Source: an uncultured Planctomycetia bacterium
Lineage (GTDB): Bacteria; Omnitrophota; Gorgyraeia; 2-02-FULL-51-18
Reading direction: 5' to 3'
DNA: 64,000 bases
NCBI GenBank assembly: GCA_964642015.1
Contig: CAZXLF010000002.1
Location: 287,678 to 351,677 of the forward strand
Of this stretch, positions 44,101 through 50,551 are shown in pieces. The notes beneath the pieces are model-generated. The model was not told the origin of the DNA. It was given only the letters and a program-made list of their open reading frames with translations, and made no database searches. The position numbers were made by a program, and so were the translations under genes. Every line of letters begins with the position of its first letter. Positions within the stretch are counted from its first letter, which is position 1.

Positions 44101-45230
44101 CGTATGGACTTTCTTTATGGTTAGGGGATGCTTCGGTCCAAGCTGCCCAGCAGACAGCTAGCCCTAATACAACAATACAGTCGATACAAGATTCTACTCG
44201 ATTAGTTTATGCGTTAGCCAATGGCATAGCGAATCCTAATAGTGACGAAACAAAAGCCCCAGACTATATACAAAATCTGGAGCAAAATCTTAAAAACCAG
44301 GGTAATGGTCAGATATCAGATTCAGATTTGCTACCTATTCCTCTTTATCAACATTTATTTCAGTTTACACATATTAATCAGAGCATAGATGCAATTAAAT
44401 GGATTATGGAATCGCAGGACCCGACAGTCCATGGAACGCTTGTGAATCAAGCGTTTGATAATCTACACAACTTCTTTTGGAAGAACGGCCTAGACCCTTA
44501 TTATATGCAACGGCCAATTGTGGGTATGGGATATTCAGGCGGATTTATGCCGCTCGTGGAAGCAATAGCAGCGACAGGGGGTATTTATAATTTCAAATCT
44601 CTAGTCGCCTTAGGTGCAGCCACCATTAGTTTGAGTCAAGACTTGGCAGACGCTGTCGTCAAGACCATTCAATATATTGAACAGGTCCAGGTAAGCGATA
44701 TTGCAAAAAACTTTGGTTTAATATTCGGTTCCGCAAGCAACATCATTCAGCAATTTATTAACGATGTGCAAAATAATTTAATTGACCCAGCGTTTACTTT
44801 GCTGGAGAATCAACTTGAAAGTATCACTCGGCAGAGCGACCCTAATAACGTTGAAAATTTACCAGATCTTTCCAATACGAATGTCCAACAGATAGTGAAC
44901 GTTTGGGGTACAAAAGATATCCTAGCTCAGACAGGTATTGGGGGACAAAAAAGCGCACTATGCGGACTATCAGGACAAAAATTAATTAATGTCGAAATTG
45001 TTGGCGCGACGCATTTTGACTATATGTTGCGCGGTGCAAATGATCCAAATCTACCAGACACTTGGAACTATAATGTAAGCAATTTTGTGACGGCGTTAAT
45101 TCGGAACAGTGATAATTCTAGTGATTTAAACGGATTCTTAGCTCAACAACAGAGTATAAATGTGACTTTTTTTGATAGCACACGCCAAGTATGGGTTGTT
45201 AAACTATCTGGCTGGGAGAGTCATCAATGA
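35169..45230 (+). CDS. giant secreted multidomain protein (3353 aa). Domains in order: signal peptide, YD/Rhs-like beta repeats, two tandem LamG/ConA-like domains, Gln-rich coiled coil, DUF4214-like motif, C39-like peptidase-like domain, long Gly/Ala/Ser-rich hydrophobic segment, C-terminal GxSxG alpha/beta-hydrolase-like region
   Basis: A single uninterrupted 10,062-nt ORF. Signal peptide MMKIKTRLIEKLCLKSVAVSLILSFSFSQLVWA. Recurrent YxYDxxGN-type repeats (NYTYAFDASNNEI, NYTYDTDAAGNVI, QYSYDADGNPS). Duplicated ~160-aa modules FDG(T/S)SY(L/I)(S/A)VP..DWD(F/L)GTGDFT(V/I)D...WYH(F/V)AL(V/L)R(T/S)G(A/S)...DEFRISKG(I/L)ARWT(S/G)NFTP, LamG-like. YDYYRRLLGRDPATMEYNSWIGKV (DUF4214-like). HFVVITAV...YIDPGKG (C39 His motif). 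PIVGMGYSGGFMP...WGTKD...GATHFDYM (Ser-Asp-His order). Confidence 0.8.
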   Translation: MMKIKTRLIEKLCLKSVAVSLILSFSFSQLVWAVDVRQMILDAESSFDQDTRRSGNLTPTNLTTAQTQAQTTVDQQQALQDLQNTNFSLTTKNGDVLQYVGNVLNKVQRPDGTLLNNIQVDANGNITNANLKLSDGSIQIFQNGQVIGYGTPDGNTVVYSAGQIQQVISKTGIVTNYSYIKDSLGNVIETDLDNTSYTTKYDANNKLKEVYDKVAGSRTTYTNGVIQKTVKSDGSQILYNSAVQPNGDIIVTPPNSNSSTYTDTQGNIFTFISGNVSTIKLKDGSILDSIVWDASNAVQSANLTAADGTKYVYQNKQLTRSTDPTGVVTNYTYTSTNIVVASAGSTWVYDPNKNPISYTDLSGNTTTYLTSGAFKGLKDRDILSTGQTFVYEYSQNSSGVISVQKREVHLQTYNVTTYSGTALLASNNPYLLFDARFENDNSFDPKISASATGTGKSLAVNLVAGSTGSSFTFNGVVTALNVSVAKGTTYNVEIRWETGRIGIYVYPKGTTRPSTPQGIVTDRSWDPTFKFSGQNAYVGYTYDSATWPWSQRGAFSVVTTSNAQSYAYLPGTPAEKITLNLNGSYQAISLTTKQYLSGIYRTITFGWNASNSIWNTKVSDWNSSTNVTTIVSTGTVAQTLTSGTDYVFDLRIEGAYLNGYVYLKGQARPSTPTLSVSALSASTDYEAIVWGSASTKTELYKNLTAPTYSAAAFQAKPVTALIDTVKNLTITKPAAPSSNPTDYSSITYSSDSKIKQIVKTDNSKYIFQNGLLTQVLDPSGNPTNFNFTQSIFSNITGSEIVQNNLDSKYDGSGNLSQIKINDITIHYLPGSTQIDYIEKTDGTQLHNLVFDASGNIIGADITAPTGEIRSYQNGQLIDLTQTDNSQIFYANAKPLKIVTPDKLTYNFDYTTPNIVQAVLDPSIVPSDALTPVKMQYDTNFNLTKVIRQNNQILNYLNNSLTEIDAPSAAPQIFAYQKDANGNILSYTVTQGNIVTTYDPNNNPVSAVVNPTSDNPHTLAAAYQYGKIRQIKKDGVVTFNYTYAFDASNNEITQVDDLEENTFRTYQSGNLVTSLDRSTSLLSTYVYVGGQVSQVQVSRLGRNLHIYNYSYSGGMTVVTDDEGTIRTYDANKQLLYLEKNGQKFQYIYTTSTKTNPITIQTVLPVTTLSQVSQSTGSNSWQQWQVNSSEGSLGIASWGWVTYNATLSQASDLKIEFDSSNFSGNVPSGYQFNLDIAVDGVSKTQYWTPVVVAGWTANSLTLTGLSSGTHAVKITWLNDYYVANQYDANFKFRNLKMTQINTTTTTTSDPITQENLIEQKLSDGSVAHYSNGAISSITRPDGSVISDLTLDSNGQVTKGTVTLSNGIKKIFNGTSILEEIDPDGTHFYFSNNEISKVVDTLGKTFNYTYDTDAAGNVIDAWLDSGSGALLKYDPNGNLLGFKPNNLSPYINGQVSFSDSSSAQYAITRSATARLDAGLPVFGSGSAYFDGTSYLSVPHTGDWDFGTGDFTVDFQARFRDTTSTQALFSIGDYASNGLTLYYTNGNLNIHINSAAVSKSIAWTPVQNQWYHFALVRTGAAVKLFVNGTQAGTDLTNSSNISGSATGVYIGALYSGGTGNYLNGNIDEFRISKGIARWTSNFTPSTQAYTADSNAKLLLHFDGTEDKYFYKFNVQKDASGNLTGYSFDGAGGKMSYDAQGNFISTTLSSSDPGLTYFADSSLTKYTSMPFGNVHLDPTQSKLGSSSVLFDGSSYIAVPNSDDWDLGTGDFTIDSFVKFKSTAGTQWLAQIGNYSSHGVGLYFVSNTIYAHVTSLTYTLSAAWTPSVNTWYHVALLRSGSALNIYINGVQLPGTSNSTNVTGVTEGVGVGGSSIMNSFNGWMDEFRISKGLARWTGNFTPPTQPDVADSYTKLLMHFEDQVSADLSGISQSMSVVKSSTITLPYKLVLTNFLPDVTAWYGDAQTALLDNQTVIANEYSSDGTLQTQTKADGTVTLFDNNKPSEVLSAAGAILIQYSYDADGNPSRVYLKNARDTLPEEVLKAKQSIEQQRASSLQALAAQKNLAYQSIQTQVQAQRQALQQNLTDLQNQYNQVANTPASGKSAKNARGNVLNQIGTQMDLVRSALVTSYQQEADAYAALDAQVKASSDKIEADSQSAFTALATQEANLKQQILQQEVSPIVYDYYRRLLGRDPATMEYNSWIGKVDYSSGNTFVEVKTTDGSLLTAALKSSINSSQELIDRQTYVQNIKNAVTSSINSYLAMTQANQQAFAASLGLSTNDVINLTSSDAQKILTWLNSRSLHFGQSAFLSLESLLDQKGITYDRQDLAKKCILVDVLSGVITPLDDGDLVISVFALNKVASLYGTGLTAANVSYDDLLSLYVSQPTARTIAHINGDHFVVITAVTKDNVTYIDPGKGVDKQNESVTVSKMDFMKTFKGNVTLDNSKAQAIANISSKTLSVEQTKKIRGAFLPLLIAAIFSAISSIGSAVFAVANGIGTIIAGVGTIVSGALNGIGQALSILGQNLSYIGQAVFNGIKFAASTIYNLGSQIFASFAGQTLFPSLTQVSFGSQLFQTAVNIGVNFATQKGLDALGINPQIASLASAFVSGGTVGSFNSGFNAANFIQNGIKTLALVSSQTLLQRVGLDANLSSTLSLIVSPLVNGIQSGNIGGSLVKIIPDLTKNLSLYGVDKLGTSLGLDAGISSLAGVSLVNGLNAAFGGGTNVGQSVIQSIQSGLTQGIVQYGLNFVGNSNPIFGSLLSSDMAKNIELAIGRDGLFQTVFNVLQNTVLNAVNVVGGTVQSIFTGITDFGSLIQQKGLPGALQYYLNSVFSRNTQETILAEGGIQSIFNNTAKTATTLPDGTAGQELKISDSASLLFDNAGNLKGKKENGVIELGTFGLDSTGKFGLTAGQVTAVLAPDLNLSAQVNGGQLQTASVKGSDGTSVVDINPENTNQPIYIEGPQTQTSNASQSFDFWGAVLKLVPYGLSLWLGDASVQAAQQTASPNTTIQSIQDSTRLVYALANGIANPNSDETKAPDYIQNLEQNLKNQGNGQISDSDLLPIPLYQHLFQFTHINQSIDAIKWIMESQDPTVHGTLVNQAFDNLHNFFWKNGLDPYYMQRPIVGMGYSGGFMPLVEAIAATGGIYNFKSLVALGAATISLSQDLADAVVKTIQYIEQVQVSDIAKNFGLIFGSASNIIQQFINDVQNNLIDPAFTLLENQLESITRQSDPNNVENLPDLSNTNVQQIVNVWGTKDILAQTGIGGQKSALCGLSGQKLINVEIVGATHFDYMLRGANDPNLPDTWNYNVSNFVTALIRNSDNSSDLNGFLAQQQSINVTFFDSTRQVWVVKLSGWESHQ

Positions 45231-46003
45231 AAAAACCGATAGTATTAACAGCCCTTTCTTTAATGACAACCTTTATCTTTAGTCATCATCTTTGTGCTGA
45301 TAATAAGAATCAGAATGGTAAACCGATCTATACCGTTGTTGGCGGACAAGGTTTAACACCTTTTCCGAATAATGAAAATACGAGGAGAATTATTAAAAGA
45401 ACTGACTTAATTCGAGAAGGCAATAAATTGGCCCATTCAGCTTTATATGATCAGGCTATAATAAAATTCCAAGAAGCAATGGATCCTTCTTTGTTTAATG
45501 ATCCAAGAGATGAGGCAGAAGGGCGTTATGGAATAATGAAGGCACGTATACGTCAGAGCAGATTTAAAGATGCCCTTAATGAGAATCAATGGTTTATCCA
45601 AAAATTTGGTCTTAATGAAAGCAATAAAGAAACGCGCCAGGAAATATTGGCTCTAATTGATTTTCAGACGACAGGCACAGCCAAATTTATTTATAACCAT
45701 GTTGAGAGTTTAAAGAATAAATATTCCGATCAACTTCCGCCTCGAAATTTTGTTGGCAACGGGCCTATAGTTTCGTCGGAAATTATTCATCTTTACGATT
45801 ACATTAACGATTCAGATAAGGCAATCGCGTTTCTAAATGAGTTTTTGACTTATCTAAAAAAACGCAGCAATGCTAGCAATTCCGACAAATCAGAAATTGC
45901 CGAATACGAAGCTGCCAAGCAAGCCTTCAAAGAGGATAAGCAGACTGGCCTAAAAGGCCATCTTCAAAAAGTTATAGCAACTTCAGAGTATATTGGGTGG
46001 TGA
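45227..46003 (+). CDS. hypothetical secreted protein translationally coupled to the giant gene (candidate immunity/accessory protein)
   Basis: Its ATG overlaps the giant-gene TGA (ATGA). N-terminal signal peptide MKKPIVLTALSLMTTFIFSHHLCA. 258 aa, helical-looking, no enzymatic motifs. Confidence 0.55.
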   Translation: MKKPIVLTALSLMTTFIFSHHLCADNKNQNGKPIYTVVGGQGLTPFPNNENTRRIIKRTDLIREGNKLAHSALYDQAIIKFQEAMDPSLFNDPRDEAEGRYGIMKARIRQSRFKDALNENQWFIQKFGLNESNKETRQEILALIDFQTTGTAKFIYNHVESLKNKYSDQLPPRNFVGNGPIVSSEIIHLYDYINDSDKAIAFLNEFLTYLKKRSNASNSDKSEIAEYEAAKQAFKEDKQTGLKGHLQKVIATSEYIGW

Positions 46004-46143
46004 ATTTAATCGCATAATCGCATACCGGACGCAGTCCGGAAGGGAAGCCTTAGATAATTAAAGATGCCTATGAAAAAGAGATTAGCCCTTAAATTCGATC
46101 CAAATTATGACCAACCGTTGCAAGAGCCATAAAATTCAAATAA

Positions 46144-46554
46144 TCACTTATTTTCCAGCAACGAATGAGGATTCCCCTGAGCATCCGTGTAATGAATGAA
46201 CGGCGTTTCATCCGCGCCGGAATAATTTAGTCCGATCACCATTTTGTCGGAGCCGTTCTTATCCTTAAATATCAATAATGGCGAAGCATCCGGTCCGGCA
46301 AGACGCAGAAGCAGACGTATATGTTCGCTGGCATCGGAAAGGCCGATAAGCGGTTGGCCTTCTTCGCCGGCGCTGGGGTAAGTGCCCATTTGCAGGCGAT
46401 ATTTTCCGTCCTGAGCATATATCCAAAGCTGGTCCGCTTGAAGGATACGCGGTTCGGCATGGACCGATTGCACCGGGAAAAAGTAATGTGAAGCCAATCC
46501 TCCGAATAAGCCGGTCATGAACATCAGAAAAAATCGAAAGGTTTTCTTTGACAC
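46144..46554 (-). CDS. hypothetical small membrane-anchored/periplasmic protein
   Basis: 136 aa, N-terminal hydrophobic helix (FRFFLMFMTGLFGGLASHYFF). Transcribed divergently from the next gene. GGAGG RBS upstream. Confidence 0.45.
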   Translation of the reverse strand: MSKKTFRFFLMFMTGLFGGLASHYFFPVQSVHAEPRILQADQLWIYAQDGKYRLQMGTYPSAGEEGQPLIGLSDASEHIRLLLRLAGPDASPLLIFKDKNGSDKMVIGLNYSGADETPFIHYTDAQGNPHSLLENK

Positions 46555-46642
46555 AGGGACCTCCTTTTGTTTTTAGGATACAGCTTCCTGATGTTGACGC
46601 CAAGAACTTTTCCTTGCGAATTGCCGATCCGTCCATTAATTT

Positions 46643-48028
46643 ATGATTATGCCCAAGCGTCTGGCGATCTTATTTTTCTTATTAATTTCCTCAGCCAATG
46701 TTTATGCCGACTCATCTGCACCCACCGCTTTGGACGCTTACGTCCGCACACCCGACGAACATTTCAATTATTCCTTGCAGAAGACCGTGCGTGGAAATGG
46801 CTACACGACCTATGTGATAAATCTGACGTCCCAGCAATGGTTGACCAAAGAACAGGTCGATCGTCCGATCTGGAGACATTGGCTTACGATCATCGAACCG
46901 GACAAAGTACGCAGTAATAAAGCACTGCTCCTTATCTACAGCGGTATTTACGGCGCCTTGGAAAAAGGAATGATGGAGAAAATAGCGCAGGATACCGGTT
47001 CGGTCGTGGCATGTGTCGAGCCGCTTCCGGAGATGCCGCTTACTTTTACCGACAAAAATGGAAAGAGCGGCCAATTGGCTGAAGATACGCTTATCGCCGA
47101 CAGTTGGGCACGATATTTGAGGACCGGTGACACAAAGCGCCTGGTGCGATTACCGATCGTAAAAAGCGTTGTCAGCGCAATGGACGCGGTGAGCCGGTTT
47201 TGCGCCAATGACGCCGATCATAAGATAACCGTCGATCAATTTGTGCTTGCGGGCCAATCCAAGCGCGGATGGGCCGTGTGGCTTGCGGCATCGGTGGATA
47301 AGAGGGTGGTCGCGGTTATTCCCATGGTCATCGATATATTGAATGTCGTACCCTCATTGAAGCATCAGTACGAATCTTACGGACACTGGGAAGAAGCGAT
47401 GGGAGACTATGAGAGCGCGGGAGTTTTAGGTCAAATAAACGCGAAGCAATTCGCGGAATTAATAAAGATCGAAGACCCTTATTCCTATAAAGAGCGTTTG
47501 ACAATGCCGAAATATATCATTAATTCAGCTGACGATGAATTTTTCCCTCCGGATTCTTCGCGATTTTACTTTGATGACCTTTTGGGTGAAAAATATTTGA
47601 GGTATGTGCCGAATAGCAGCCACCACTTGTATGGAACAGATGTGATGCGGTGTGTTGAGTCGTTTTATTGGTCGATTCTTGAAGGGAAGGTGAGACCGCG
47701 GTTTTCGTGGAAGATCCAAGCCGATGGATCCATACGACTTCTAGTGATAGATAAACCTTTGAAGGTGAAGCTCTGGCAGGCCACCAACCCTGAAGGGCGC
47801 GATTTCCGGCTTCACGTCGTCGGAAACGCTTGGACGAGCAAAGAGATCTCTGAAACGGGACCGGGCGTTTATATCGGCAGTGTGCCTGCACCCGCGAAAG
47901 GTTGGACAGCATTTTTTTTGGAGCTGACCTATAATAATGGAGATGGTTCGACTCCGCTTAAATTCACCACTTCTGTGAGCGTGGTGCCGGATAGAATGCC
48001 GTTTGAGTATCGCGAGAATTCACAATAA
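46643..48028 (+). CDS. secreted alpha/beta-hydrolase-like protein resembling the PhoPQ-activated pathogenicity-related (PqaA-type) family
   Basis: Signal peptide MIMPKRLAILFFLLISSANVYA. N-terminal ALDAYVRTPDEHFNYSL...YVINLTSQQWLT...WRHWLTIIEP resembles my recollection of that family's conserved N-region. GQSKRGW is a nucleophile-elbow-like motif. Assignment from memory only. Confidence 0.4.
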   Translation: MIMPKRLAILFFLLISSANVYADSSAPTALDAYVRTPDEHFNYSLQKTVRGNGYTTYVINLTSQQWLTKEQVDRPIWRHWLTIIEPDKVRSNKALLLIYSGIYGALEKGMMEKIAQDTGSVVACVEPLPEMPLTFTDKNGKSGQLAEDTLIADSWARYLRTGDTKRLVRLPIVKSVVSAMDAVSRFCANDADHKITVDQFVLAGQSKRGWAVWLAASVDKRVVAVIPMVIDILNVVPSLKHQYESYGHWEEAMGDYESAGVLGQINAKQFAELIKIEDPYSYKERLTMPKYIINSADDEFFPPDSSRFYFDDLLGEKYLRYVPNSSHHLYGTDVMRCVESFYWSILEGKVRPRFSWKIQADGSIRLLVIDKPLKVKLWQATNPEGRDFRLHVVGNAWTSKEISETGPGVYIGSVPAPAKGWTAFFLELTYNNGDGSTPLKFTTSVSVVPDRMPFEYRENSQ

Positions 48029-48145
48029 TCCCAGTTAAATACCCAGCACGCCTCTTAATACAACCCCACTTGGCACTACATCTTGTATAAAATAGTAAAT
48101 ATATGCACAATATATTGAAATCTGATAAATATTGTTAAAAATATA

Positions 48146-48174
48146 TTGACAAAAGATAATTCATAATATATTTT
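48146..48174 (+). promoter_or_regulatory. candidate sigma70-like promoter within an AT-rich direct-repeat region, upstream of the HTH/fab-like operon
   Basis: TTGACA (48146-48151), 17-nt spacer, TATTTT (48169-48174). Embedded in three imperfect direct repeats AAATAT(AT)TG(A/T)(A/C)AAA at 48109-48154. Confidence 0.35.
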
Positions 48175-48279
48175 ATTCGTCACCTGCGGGAGTACAAAAA
48201 GAATGGCTTTTGTTTCAAATACCGCAAAGCAGGGCAGTAAACATAAGCGCGGATAAAGCCAGAATAAAGGAGGCCGTAT

Positions 48280-48489
48280 TTGAAAGACGCGGAAGGCGTC
48301 TTTACGGTCCGAGAACTCGCGAAGTACCTGCGGATGAAGCCGCTGACGATCTACAAGCATGCTTCATCGGGCAAACTGCCCGGTTTTAAGGTCGGATCGC
48401 ATTGGCGCTTCAAGAAACAGACGATTGATAGCTGGATCGAGTCGCAAGAGCAATCTAATATCAATCATAAAACTTTAATAAATGCATAA
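48280..48489 (+). CDS. excisionase-family (MerR-like) helix-turn-helix DNA-binding protein; TTG start
   Basis: FTVRELAKYLRMKPLTIYKHASSGKLPGFKVGSHWRFKKQTIDSWI is the characteristic HTH_17/excisionase-family motif. AAGGAGG RBS 8 nt upstream of the TTG. Confidence 0.65.
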   Translation: MKDAEGVFTVRELAKYLRMKPLTIYKHASSGKLPGFKVGSHWRFKKQTIDSWIESQEQSNINHKTLINA

Positions 48490-48520
48490 CCCAAGCTGAA
48501 AAGCTTGGGTTTTTCATTTT
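48489..48520 (+). terminator. rho-independent terminator/attenuator after the HTH gene
   Basis: ACCCAAGC-TGAAAA-GCTTGGGT perfect 8-bp stem followed by TTTTCATTTT. Confidence 0.6.
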
Positions 48521-48566
48521 ACATGCTTTGTTTGTGTTCATAATGAAGCGGGTCGGATAATGCCAT

Positions 48567-49316
48567 ATGTTAGAAGGTTTAATAGGTAGGACGGCGATAG
48601 TTACGGGCGGGAGCCGTGGCATAGGCAAAGCTATCGTCTTGGATTTAGCCCGAAACAAAGTAAATGTGGCATTTAATTATGTTGCCAGCAAAGACGCTGC
48701 CGATGATGTTGTCGCTGAGGTTGAGAAATTGGGAGCAAAGACTCTTGCTGTTAAGGCGGACGTGAAAAACCCTGATCAAGCCAAATTATTTGTGGATGAA
48801 GCAAAAAAGAAATTCGGAAAGATAGATTTTTTAGTTAATAACGCGGGAATTTTAAAGGATAAAACCTTGATGTTTATGTCTGACGCGGATTGGAAGGATG
48901 TGATTGAAACAAACCTATATGGATCCTTTGTGTTAACGCGTCTTATGATCATGAGCTTTCTCAAGCAAAATAGCGGAGGCATTGTAAATATTTCTTCGAC
49001 TGCCGGTTTGATTGGAAATGCCGGCCAGGTGAATTACAGCGCTAGCAAAGCCGGGCTTATTGGTTTTACGAAGGCGCTTGCAAAAGAAGTGGCTTCTTAT
49101 GGGGTGAGAGTAAATGCGGTGGCGCCAGGATTTATTGAGACAGATATGGTTAAAACTATTCCCGAAAATAAGATGCAAGAAGCTGTAAAAACAATTCCCA
49201 TGCAGCGTCTTGGAAAGCCGGACGAAGTTGCTAAAGTTGTTACGTTTTTACTTTCCGAAGAGTCTGCGTACATCACGGGCCAGGTACTGCCTATTGATGG
49301 AGGGCTGGCCATTTGA
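48567..49316 (+). CDS. fabG: 3-oxoacyl-[acyl-carrier-protein] reductase (SDR family)
   Basis: TGGSRGIGKAI (NAD(P) binding), NNAG, catalytic S...YSASKAG, PGFIETDM. 249 aa. Confidence 0.85.
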   Translation: MLEGLIGRTAIVTGGSRGIGKAIVLDLARNKVNVAFNYVASKDAADDVVAEVEKLGAKTLAVKADVKNPDQAKLFVDEAKKKFGKIDFLVNNAGILKDKTLMFMSDADWKDVIETNLYGSFVLTRLMIMSFLKQNSGGIVNISSTAGLIGNAGQVNYSASKAGLIGFTKALAKEVASYGVRVNAVAPGFIETDMVKTIPENKMQEAVKTIPMQRLGKPDEVAKVVTFLLSEESAYITGQVLPIDGGLAI

Positions 49317-50551
49317 AGACCGACGATCAGAGGATAGTCATAACTGGAATAGGCGTTGTTTCACCGATCGGGATCGGAAAAGATGCTTTTTGGCAAGGCC
49401 TAAAAGAGGGCAGATCAGGAATAAAGCCGGTCACCCTTTTTGATACGTCAACAACACGGTCGAAGCTGGCCGGAGAAATAACCGATTTTAAACCGGAAGA
49501 AATTCTCGGCCCTAAAGGGCTAAGAAATTTGGACCGCACTACTAAACTGGCTTTATGCGCGGCTCAATTAGCATTGGACGACGCGAATTTTAAAATAACT
49601 GAAGAAAATTCAAATGATGTTGGTGTGGTATTAGGCTCGACGATGGGGAGCGTGTGGAGCATTAGTGAATATGATAAACAAACGTTAAAAGAGGGCCCCA
49701 GATCTGTTAATCCGGCCTTGTTTGCGAATACTGTTATCAATTCACCGGCGAGTCAGATATCGATTCGGTTTGGAATCCAAGGATTCAATTCAACTATTTC
49801 GACAGGATTTTCATCCGCATTTGATGCGCTGAAATACGCGTCAGATTTCATTAAATGGGGAAAAGCAAGCGCTGTATTGGTTGGAAGCGCAGAGGAGCTT
49901 TGCGAACAATTCTTCAAGGGTTTTTACAAATTAGGCATTCTTTCTAAGTCTCAAGAAAACAGTGAAGAAATGTTACGTCCTTTCGATAGGAGACGTAATG
50001 GCATGATTTTGGGGGAAGGTGCCGCAGTGTTTCTCCTAGAATCTTTACAACATGCCAGGCAAAGAAATGCGCCTATTTATGCGGAAATAGGATCTATTGC
50101 ATCTACCTTTAATAGACGATCCATGAATAGATATAACTTAAAGGCAACTGGTGAGATCGACAGTATGAAGAAAACATTATCTTTAGCAGAGTTAGATGCT
50201 AAGCATATTGATTGTATCGTGGCTTCGGCCAATTCTACCGTAAAAGGAGATTTAACCGAGAGTATAGCCATAACCCAAGTTTTTGATCAAGACAAACCGT
50301 CGGTCACAGCCTGTAAGTCGATGTTTGGTGAGACCTTTAGCGCGGCTGGCGCCATGAATCTTGCGGCGGGAATATTTATTCTAAAAAATCAATTTATTCC
50401 CCCAACGCTTAATGTAGAGCAAAAAGATAATGAATGTGGCGTAGAGTGTGTCAAAAATACCGGAGTATCCAAAAAAGTTGATCATATTTTGATCAATTCA
50501 TTCGGAGCGTCGGGACAAAATTCAAGCCTAGCTTTGGTAAGGAGTAGCTGA
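49313..50551 (+). CDS. beta-ketoacyl synthase-like protein lacking the catalytic Cys-His-His triad (chain-length-factor/KS-beta-like)
   Basis: Thiolase-fold KAS homolog, 412 aa. The active-site Cys position reads ISTGFSSAF rather than TAC(S/A)S. The His motifs read ASANSTVKGD and KSMFGETFSAAG, with no His in either. Confidence 0.75.
   Translation: MKTDDQRIVITGIGVVSPIGIGKDAFWQGLKEGRSGIKPVTLFDTSTTRSKLAGEITDFKPEEILGPKGLRNLDRTTKLALCAAQLALDDANFKITEENSNDVGVVLGSTMGSVWSISEYDKQTLKEGPRSVNPALFANTVINSPASQISIRFGIQGFNSTISTGFSSAFDALKYASDFIKWGKASAVLVGSAEELCEQFFKGFYKLGILSKSQENSEEMLRPFDRRRNGMILGEGAAVFLLESLQHARQRNAPIYAEIGSIASTFNRRSMNRYNLKATGEIDSMKKTLSLAELDAKHIDCIVASANSTVKGDLTESIAITQVFDQDKPSVTACKSMFGETFSAAGAMNLAAGIFILKNQFIPPTLNVEQKDNECGVECVKNTGVSKKVDHILINSFGASGQNSSLALVRSS

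Noticed and set aside
46024-46042. Hairpin CCGGAC-GCA-GTCCGG after the giant-locus partner gene, as a possible terminator
   Set aside because: Short 6-bp stem and not followed by a U-tract. Retained only as a possible weak, unsupported structural element.
48071-48087. TGGCAC-N5-CTTGT resembling a sigma54 -24/-12 promoter
   Set aside because: The -12 element lacks the conserved GC dinucleotide at the correct spacing. Better explained as chance in an AT-rich leader.
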